Origin: a virus
Lineage: Duplodnaviria > Heunggongvirae > Uroviricota > Caudoviricetes
IMG/VR virus record: IMGVR_UViG_3300026521_000088
Coordinates: 32,551-96,550 of that record
DNA: 64,000 nucleotides
Strand: one strand, 5' to 3'
The translations under genes and the position numbers were made by a program. The notes beneath the pieces are model-generated. The model made no database searches and was not told the origin of the DNA. It saw only the letters and a list, made by a program, of their open reading frames with translations. This document shows, in pieces, positions 57,297 to 64,000 of the stretch. Positions within the stretch are counted from its first letter, which is position 1. Each line of letters opens with the position of its first letter.

Positions 57297-60039
57297 AGAC
57301 AAACCATTATATAGAGATACTAAAAGTACAAGAACATTATTTGAAGTATATAAAAGAAGATTTCCTAAAGGTAAACAACCTACTGAAGATAATCTAGTTA
57401 AAGATGGTGGTGTAGATTTAAGTTTAATACCTAACTTAGAAGATAGAATTAATAAAATAAGAGCAGATTTTTTAAATGTTAAAGTATGGTTACTTGAAAC
57501 TGAAAAAGACTTAAATAGATTATTTAAGTATATTGAAGATTTTGATACTATATCTATGGATACTGAAACAAATAACCCACAAAAGTTTCATTTTCCTAGT
57601 ATATATTTATGGTCTATATCGTGTAAACCTAATGAAGCATTTGTAATACCGTATCATTTTAATAAAACAGTATCAAATTATCTAATTAGTACTGATAAAA
57701 TGGTAGTAATGCATAATGCTGGTTATGATATGAAATTAGTACATAAAATGACAGGTAAATTTATTAAGAATTTTGCAGATACACTACTTATAGAATACTC
57801 TTATGTAAATGATGCAGTTAATACACCATCACTATCATTAAAGAATTTATGTAAAAGTCAATATGGTAGTTGGGCAGAAGATGTTACAGATTTAACTGAA
57901 GATTGTATTAATGATGAAAACTTACTATATTACAGTGGTGTAGATAGTATGAGTACATTATGGCTATATAACAAATATAAAGCCAAAATAGTGAATGAAG
58001 ATACTGTAGATCTATTTAACATATTTCCTGCTAAACACCCTAAAGAAAGGTCATATAGTAGGGAATGGTTTTATAAAAATATTGCTGTACAATTATTACC
58101 ATTAACTATAGATTTTATGAATAATGGATTACATTTTAATATTGATAGACTTGAGCAACTTAATACTAAACTAGAAGATGAGTTAGCTAGAATAGATAAA
58201 GAAGTTAAAGATTTACCAATAGTTATGGAATATTGGGAAAAGTTAAGTAAGAGACAAGCTACTAAAAAAGCTGAGAAATATGAAACTGATAGATTAAATG
58301 TTATTGAAGCAAGTAATAAAAGTTTGAGTCCTAATAACTCTACTTTTGTTGATTTATTTATGCAATTAAAATATCCAAATATTACAAAACCATCTAAAAG
58401 TAAGAGTTGGACATATACTGTATTAAAAACATTACTAGGACCTGATAATCCAGTAGCTTTAGCGTTAAAAAATAAAGATATGGAAAGTTTAAGATATACA
58501 CCTGAATTTGCAGATATTTTTGAAAGAGTGGATAGTATTATTATAGAAGATAAGAAACAGTTAGCTTTAGAAAAATGTAAAGAAACTAAGCAAAAAACTT
58601 ATCTTTCAGCTTTAACTTCATTAGATTTTAAAGTATTATCATCTGCTAATCAAAAGAAATATATACTTAATAAAGGATATAAGCTTGAGTCAAATGAGAA
58701 ATCAGCAAAAACTGGTGAAGACTCATTTGGTAGAAAAGAGATTGAAAGACTGTTAAAACAAGAAAAAGAAGGTGAAGCTAAGACATTCTTACAATTAGCA
58801 GTAGACTATAGTACTGCTGCTGTTATAAAGAAAAACTTCATTGAAAACATTTTAGCAGGTCATTTAAATGGCAATATGCATAGCAATTATAGATTAGGTG
58901 GAACAAAGACTTTCAGACCATCTAGTGGTGGTGGTAGTAGAGATAGAAAAAAAGATCCTGAATTATTAGGAGCTATTAATCTATTAAATCAACCATCTAG
59001 TGGTAATAAATACGCTTCAGAATTTAAGCACTGTATAACAGTACCTGATGATGATTGGGTATGGATAACTGCAGATTTTACTGCTTTAGAGGAAAACTGC
59101 ATGGGAAACATATCAAAAGATAAGACTAAAACTAAGATTTTAAAAGAAGGTTTTGATAGTCATTGTGTTCATGCTCCAGCATATTTTAGTAGAATTGAAG
59201 AAATTTTAGGAAAAAATGATGGTAGTTTAGAATGGAATAAGAATTTTAAGCTACAATGTGATTCTAATAAAGAATTAGCACAACTTAGACAAGATTCAAA
59301 ACCTATAAGTTTCAGTTTGGCTTACTTAGCTGGTTTAACAGGATTATTTAGGTCAGTAGGTTATACAGAAGATATTTTCTCTGATGAGATTAGATTTAAA
59401 GATTATCAATTTACAACTGATTTATCTAAACAAGTTAGTTTTAATGGTTCTGAATATTTAGCTCCTACTAAAGATGCTATATGGTATGATGTAGAAGATT
59501 ATAAACATTTAGATACTAAGTACCATAAGTTTTTTGAACAAGCTGTATTACCAGCAAAACAAGCACACTATAAATATCATAATAGTATGTATAGTGGTTT
59601 AAAAAATTATAGAGAAGAAGTTGTATTACCACAAATTAAAAAATATAAAGATTATCATATAGGTTTAGGATTATATATTAATCATAAAGGTAGAGTAAGT
59701 AATGGTGTACTTAGAACTCTTAATAATGCTGGTTATCAAGGTTGGTCATGGTTAGCTCTAATTGCTATGGAAAAATTTAGAAGAGTATGTGTTAAAGAAG
59801 GTAAAGCAGATAGTGTAAAAAATATTTGTTCTATATATGATAGTGTTTATTTCTTAGTAAAAAAAAATATAGATACTATTAAATGGGTAAATAAGACACT
59901 TAAACCAATACTTGAGACTCAATACCTAGAAGACCAAGAAATACCTTTAAAAGCTGAAATAGAGATAAGTACAGATAGTTGGAAAGACTTTGTTAAATTT
60001 GATTCTATTGAAGATTTAAGAGGTTATTTATATACATAA
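57280..60039 (+). CDS. family A DNA polymerase (Pol I-like) with 3'-5' proofreading exonuclease domain
   Basis: Exo I SMDTETN, Exo II MHNAGYDMKLV, Exo III YSGVDSMSTLWLY; pol motif A ITADFTALEENCMG, motif B RQDSKPISFSLAYLAG, motif C-like IYDSVYF. Confidence 0.85.
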   Translation: MRLITKDKPLYRDTKSTRTLFEVYKRRFPKGKQPTEDNLVKDGGVDLSLIPNLEDRINKIRADFLNVKVWLLETEKDLNRLFKYIEDFDTISMDTETNNPQKFHFPSIYLWSISCKPNEAFVIPYHFNKTVSNYLISTDKMVVMHNAGYDMKLVHKMTGKFIKNFADTLLIEYSYVNDAVNTPSLSLKNLCKSQYGSWAEDVTDLTEDCINDENLLYYSGVDSMSTLWLYNKYKAKIVNEDTVDLFNIFPAKHPKERSYSREWFYKNIAVQLLPLTIDFMNNGLHFNIDRLEQLNTKLEDELARIDKEVKDLPIVMEYWEKLSKRQATKKAEKYETDRLNVIEASNKSLSPNNSTFVDLFMQLKYPNITKPSKSKSWTYTVLKTLLGPDNPVALALKNKDMESLRYTPEFADIFERVDSIIIEDKKQLALEKCKETKQKTYLSALTSLDFKVLSSANQKKYILNKGYKLESNEKSAKTGEDSFGRKEIERLLKQEKEGEAKTFLQLAVDYSTAAVIKKNFIENILAGHLNGNMHSNYRLGGTKTFRPSSGGGSRDRKKDPELLGAINLLNQPSSGNKYASEFKHCITVPDDDWVWITADFTALEENCMGNISKDKTKTKILKEGFDSHCVHAPAYFSRIEEILGKNDGSLEWNKNFKLQCDSNKELAQLRQDSKPISFSLAYLAGLTGLFRSVGYTEDIFSDEIRFKDYQFTTDLSKQVSFNGSEYLAPTKDAIWYDVEDYKHLDTKYHKFFEQAVLPAKQAHYKYHNSMYSGLKNYREEVVLPQIKKYKDYHIGLGLYINHKGRVSNGVLRTLNNAGYQGWSWLALIAMEKFRRVCVKEGKADSVKNICSIYDSVYFLVKKNIDTIKWVNKTLKPILETQYLEDQEIPLKAEIEISTDSWKDFVKFDSIEDLRGYLYT

Positions 60040-60068
60040 ATAAAGAATAATAAATAAACGGAGGAAAT

Positions 60069-62477
60069 ATGTTAGATGAAGAATATTTAGATAATGAATT
60101 AAAAAATATTGAACAAAATGTAGAAGAAGGTTTAGTTAAAATTAATGAAGCTAGAAAGCTATTACCAACACACTATAAGGATTTAATGTCAGATATTGGA
60201 GGAGATATTGATACTGATTTTGATTTAAATAGATTACCATCCAATCTTAGAAAAATGGTAGAAATCTTTGAAGTTGAAGCTCCAGCATTAGGTACACAAA
60301 CTAATGTTATGGTAGCTACTATGGCTTATGCTTCATTATTTGGTAAATTTAGACCTTATATTAGAGACATTCTTGTATCTAAAAAAGCTGATATTCCAGC
60401 TAATGTATTTGCCATAAGTTTAGTAGGTTCTGGGGAAGGTAAAGACAAATCATTTGATTTAGGTCTTGATATTCTTAAAAAAGCTAATACATTAATATTA
60501 GATAAGATGGTACTAGACTCAGAGATTAAAGCTAAAAGAATTGCTATAGCTAAAAATAGAGAAAAACAAGAAAAAGAAGGGGTACCTAAAGATAAGATTG
60601 TAGATGACGATAGTGGTTGGAATAAGTATTATAATCAACCTCATGATTCTATCTTTAAAATGGCTACTTATGAAGGTTTACTTGCTGCTGCTGAAGAAAC
60701 TACAAAGAATGGTGAACTAGGTAATATCTTCGTAGCTATATCAGAGTTAGGTAATAGTTTAAAACTAGACCCTAATATTGATAGACTTATGATGGTATTA
60801 GCAGAATTATATGATGTAGGTAAAGCTCCTGAAGATTTAAAGAAAACTAAAGAGCTTAAAACTGGAGCTATTGAAGGTTTAGCACCTAGTATGTTAGCAC
60901 ATACATCCCCAGCACCATTGTTAAGTGATTCTAAGTTAGTAGCTAAGTTAAAGACTATGATTGGTTCATACTTTGGTAGAAGAGCTTATATCTTATATAC
61001 ATCATTATCTGAAACTGTAGAGAATGTAGAATTAAATACAGATTTAGAAAATCAAGTAAAAATGATGATGCAATCAACATTTAAATCTGTAGAAGACATC
61101 GAAGTAGTTGAGAGTAATGCTGTAGAAGCTGTTACAAGATTATTGTCTGGTACAGACTTACATATGTTATCATTAACTGATGATGCTAGAATGTTATATG
61201 GTAAGTATTTTTTATTAAATAAATATTATAGAAGGCTTAGTTATATGAAAGACCAAGATTTTAGTGGTGAAGGACTTTTAACTGAGTTAACTAATAGACA
61301 TTGGAGAGCAATTAAAGTAGCTGGAATTTGGGCTTTAGCTCAAAACAGTAGTGTAATTACTAAAGATTTAATGTCTTCTGCTATTTATTTTACAGAGTAT
61401 TTAGGTAAAGGTTTAAGAAAACTAATGGATATGATTGATTTAGAAGTACATGAAAGATTCATTAGAGCTTTAGAAAATAAAGATATTGGTTCGACTTATA
61501 GGTTTGACCAATTAATTAAACAAAACTATGTAAAAAAAGCAGATAAAAATCAAATATCAGCATTACTTACAGCAGTAAATTCAGCTCTTCAAGGTAAAGC
61601 AGTAGTTATTGCAGATTATAAAAAATCTATACTAAATATTGATATTATTAAAGAATCTGAAGGCGAGTATGGATTTTCTTATATTAAATTCCCAAAAGGT
61701 CTAGATAAAGATAAAAGAAAAGAGATAGCTTATAAAGGTTTTAAATACTACAAGAAAGACTTATCTTACTTAAAAAATATACTAGCTAATGATTGTGCTT
61801 ATTTACCATTTAAACTAAAAGATGGTTATAGAAAAGATGATAACGTTATTTCTACAACAAATTATGTAGTACTAGATGTTGATAAATCAGATATTGATAT
61901 GGATGTATTACATGAGACATACTTAAGTGGTACGTTACATATGATAGCTACAACCTCTGACAATACTAATAAGCGTAAGTTTAGAATTATTATACCTATT
62001 CAGCAACAATTAGGTGAAAATAATCAAATCTATAAATATGTTATTCAACGGATTGCAGATGAACTTATGTTAGATATTGATTTACTAGGTAGAAGTCAAG
62101 TAATGTATGGTTATAGTGATAGTATTGTATTAGATAACATTAATAGTAATTTACAACCAATGGATGTAGGTAATTATATTAAAGATGCTGCATCTAATAT
62201 TCAAGTAAATACACATTCTAAACAGTTAACTAAAGCTGAACAAAAGAAATTACAAGCAAATATGGAACATGACTTTGAGACAGTATTTAGTAGAGCTATA
62301 TATGCTCCTAATGGTCAAGGTAGTATTAGTCTATTCTTAGCTGGTAGAGACATGCAACAAGCTGGTTGTACTTTTAAAGAAATTGAAATATATCTTAATA
62401 AAATCAACTCTATGTGGACTTCACCTATGCCACATAGTAGATTAAATAAGATAATCAACCAGTTTAAGGTAGTTTAG
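60069..62477 (+). CDS. putative replication protein (primase/helicase-like); AEP-type primase-like motifs in C-terminal part
   Basis: C-terminal VVLDVDKSD (DxD) ... LHMIATTS (sxH-like) ... KFRIIIP resembles archaeo-eukaryotic primase/PrimPol catalytic motifs; N-terminal region has a P-loop-like LVGSGEGKDKS. Location between PolA and the SSB-like gene supports a replication role. Confidence 0.4.
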   Translation: MLDEEYLDNELKNIEQNVEEGLVKINEARKLLPTHYKDLMSDIGGDIDTDFDLNRLPSNLRKMVEIFEVEAPALGTQTNVMVATMAYASLFGKFRPYIRDILVSKKADIPANVFAISLVGSGEGKDKSFDLGLDILKKANTLILDKMVLDSEIKAKRIAIAKNREKQEKEGVPKDKIVDDDSGWNKYYNQPHDSIFKMATYEGLLAAAEETTKNGELGNIFVAISELGNSLKLDPNIDRLMMVLAELYDVGKAPEDLKKTKELKTGAIEGLAPSMLAHTSPAPLLSDSKLVAKLKTMIGSYFGRRAYILYTSLSETVENVELNTDLENQVKMMMQSTFKSVEDIEVVESNAVEAVTRLLSGTDLHMLSLTDDARMLYGKYFLLNKYYRRLSYMKDQDFSGEGLLTELTNRHWRAIKVAGIWALAQNSSVITKDLMSSAIYFTEYLGKGLRKLMDMIDLEVHERFIRALENKDIGSTYRFDQLIKQNYVKKADKNQISALLTAVNSALQGKAVVIADYKKSILNIDIIKESEGEYGFSYIKFPKGLDKDKRKEIAYKGFKYYKKDLSYLKNILANDCAYLPFKLKDGYRKDDNVISTTNYVVLDVDKSDIDMDVLHETYLSGTLHMIATTSDNTNKRKFRIIIPIQQQLGENNQIYKYVIQRIADELMLDIDLLGRSQVMYGYSDSIVLDNINSNLQPMDVGNYIKDAASNIQVNTHSKQLTKAEQKKLQANMEHDFETVFSRAIYAPNGQGSISLFLAGRDMQQAGCTFKEIEIYLNKINSMWTSPMPHSRLNKIINQFKVV

Positions 62478-62609
62478 AGGTATTACATACTATAATTCGT
62501 AATAGATTATATTAGTAAATATAAGGCTATAGAGGGTTAAAATACTCTACTGGAATTAATACGGGATAACACATAAAATTAAAATAAAAATCAAATTAAA
62601 AGGAAACAC

Positions 62610-63509
62610 ATGCAAAATTTATTCGCAGATATTGATCTAGATCAAATTAAAAAAGAAGTAGAGGTTAGAGGTACAGCAGGATTTTATAAACCAGGCATTC
62701 ATAAGATTGTAGATACAACCGTATATAGATATGACTCAGAGTGGAATGGTCAAACTTTTTCAAATGTTGTAATTGAGTTTGAACGAGAAGATGGTGCTAA
62801 ATTGCAACAAGAACTTAGCCCTCATACTAAATCATATCAAAAAGAAGGTAGATCTGATTTTGTAAACTTTATTAGTAATCTTACTATTTGTACAGGTAGA
62901 GAAGAAGAGTTTAACAATCTTAAAACAACATTTAATGCTCTACCAATTATTAAATTTACAGACAAATATAAAAAAGAACGTGATGCAAGAGTGATTAGAA
63001 TTTTTTCTGGAGCTAAGTATAGTATTCTTACAACAACAGAACTACAATTAGGTAATAATGGTATTTACACTTCTCAAGCCTTGGATGTTAGATTTGTATT
63101 TAGAGATGAGGATAATGCTTCAGCTAATGAAATTAAAGCTGGTGATGCTGATAAATTTGGTGGTAATTATGAACATTGGAACAATCCAGAAAATTATGAA
63201 ACTAAAGTCCATGCTGCATATGATAAAATTAATTATGATAACTGGGAAGATAAACCAAATAGAGAATTAAAAGAACAACTTGTAGAAGCTATTGAATATT
63301 ACAAAGATGGTGGTAATCTATCTGAAGAGTTACCTGGACAAGATGGTATTCCTAAATCTGATAGACAAAGAGCTCATCATTTACTATTAGATGGTCTTAC
63401 TGCTAAAGAAGTGAAAGCAAGATTTGAAGCTCTTAAAGCTGGTACTACATGTACTTCAAATGATATTGATTCTATGGATTCTGACGAAGATGAAGTTCCA
63501 TTTCCATAA
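62610..63509 (+). CDS. putative single-stranded DNA-binding protein (T7 gp2.5/SSB-like acidic C-terminal tail)
   Basis: C-terminus ...DSMDSDEDEVPFP: acidic tail with terminal aromatic residue as in E. coli SSB (DDDIPF) and T7 gp2.5; position in the replication module. Confidence 0.4.
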   Translation: MQNLFADIDLDQIKKEVEVRGTAGFYKPGIHKIVDTTVYRYDSEWNGQTFSNVVIEFEREDGAKLQQELSPHTKSYQKEGRSDFVNFISNLTICTGREEEFNNLKTTFNALPIIKFTDKYKKERDARVIRIFSGAKYSILTTTELQLGNNGIYTSQALDVRFVFRDEDNASANEIKAGDADKFGGNYEHWNNPENYETKVHAAYDKINYDNWEDKPNRELKEQLVEAIEYYKDGGNLSEELPGQDGIPKSDRQRAHHLLLDGLTAKEVKARFEALKAGTTCTSNDIDSMDSDEDEVPFP

Positions 63510-63519
63510 GGAGTGATTA

Positions 63520-64000
63520 ATGGCAGCATTTGGTAAAACAAATCTAGAGCTTAAGAACTTATCAGAGAAGGAGACTTTCTCTGGTAAATCATTTATGATT
63601 TATAATGATTCAGCTACTAGAAAGACAAGAACATTAGGTACATTACCTGGTAGAACTATTCATTGTTCATTAGATAATGGAGCAGAATCTGCTATGAGAG
63701 CAGCAGAACTACTAGAGATTGAAGGTGCAACTCACCACGAAGTCAAGATTAATAACTTAGCAGATTTAGATGCAGTAATCACTACATTGCAAACAAGTAA
63801 AGCATATATTGGTGGTTTTGATACAGTAGTATTTGATAATTTAGTAGAAATTACTCAATTACTTAAAGATAGAATTGTGACATCATCTAGATATAAAGCA
63901 GACCAATTAAAACTTGAAGATATTATGGACCCAGAAGCTAGGCTATCTGCTCAATCATCTAAAACTATGGCTTTGTATAATGACATTCAAATCCAGACAA
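63520..64000 (+). CDS. 5' part of an ORF continuing beyond the window; RecA-fold-like with degenerate P-loop (speculative)
   Basis: SFMIYNDSATRKTRT looks like a Walker A (hhIYGxxGxGKT) with the glycines lost; VVFDNLVE Walker B-like. Reading frame still open at 64000. Confidence 0.3.
   Translation, partial: MAAFGKTNLELKNLSEKETFSGKSFMIYNDSATRKTRTLGTLPGRTIHCSLDNGAESAMRAAELLEIEGATHHEVKINNLADLDAVITTLQTSKAYIGGFDTVVFDNLVEITQLLKDRIVTSSRYKADQLKLEDIMDPEARLSAQSSKTMALYNDIQIQT

Noticed and set aside
1-64000. Global stop-codon reassignment (TAG recoding)
   Set aside because: Only two in-frame TAG cases were noticed. Large conserved genes (TerL, PolA, helicases, NadV) read cleanly with standard stops, and neither tRNA in the window is a suppressor. 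This is kept as a low-probability alternative under the two specific findings.
1-64000. Lysogeny module (integrase, CI-like repressor, attP)
   Set aside because: No tyrosine/serine recombinase motifs or repressor/Cro pair were seen. The single HTH protein (49491..49757) sits among replication genes, and the overall gene content looks strictly lytic.

Overview
This window is an AT-rich segment (roughly 27-28% GC by eye) of a virulent tailed dsDNA phage genome. I saw no integrase, repressor, CRISPR array or bacterial housekeeping genes. Two divergently transcribed modules meet at a ~390-nt switch region (16578-16968).

(a) A minus-strand late module (1-16577) carries a lysis cassette (amidase endolysin plus small membrane proteins), a leucine-rich-repeat (LRR) protein, a YiiX-like permuted papain-fold peptidase and several tail-fibre-like proteins with LamG/concanavalin-type domains. 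It also carries a large terminase subunit interrupted by a 389-aa LAGLIDADG intein and a putative small terminase.

(b) A plus-strand early/replication module (16969-64000) contains a T7-like single-subunit RNA polymerase encoded as three separate consecutive ORFs, tRNA-Leu(TAA) and tRNA-Asn(GTT), clusters of small paralogous 'MIQ...' genes and an E1-like (ThiF/MoeB) adenylyltransferase overlapping a JAB/JAMM metalloprotease gene. It further contains an SPFH/band-7 protein, an NAD+ salvage trio (NMN adenylyltransferase, Nudix hydrolase, nicotinamide phosphoribosyltransferase), an AAA+/vWA pair, an AbiEii-like nucleotidyltransferase next to a KxDG ligase-like gene, SF1 and SF2 helicases, a Cas4-like nuclease, a family-A DNA polymerase with 3'-5' exonuclease, a primase-like replication protein and an SSB-like protein.

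Most genes carry a conserved AAAGGA-type Shine-Dalgarno sequence. This argues against a Bacteroidota host and points to a low-GC, SD-using host (Campylobacterota, Fusobacteriota or Bacillota are plausible, but the host is undetermined).

The most notable items are the three-part split RNA polymerase, the phage-borne E1/JAB pair, two otherwise intact ORFs interrupted by single in-frame TAG codons, and the NAD-salvage cluster.
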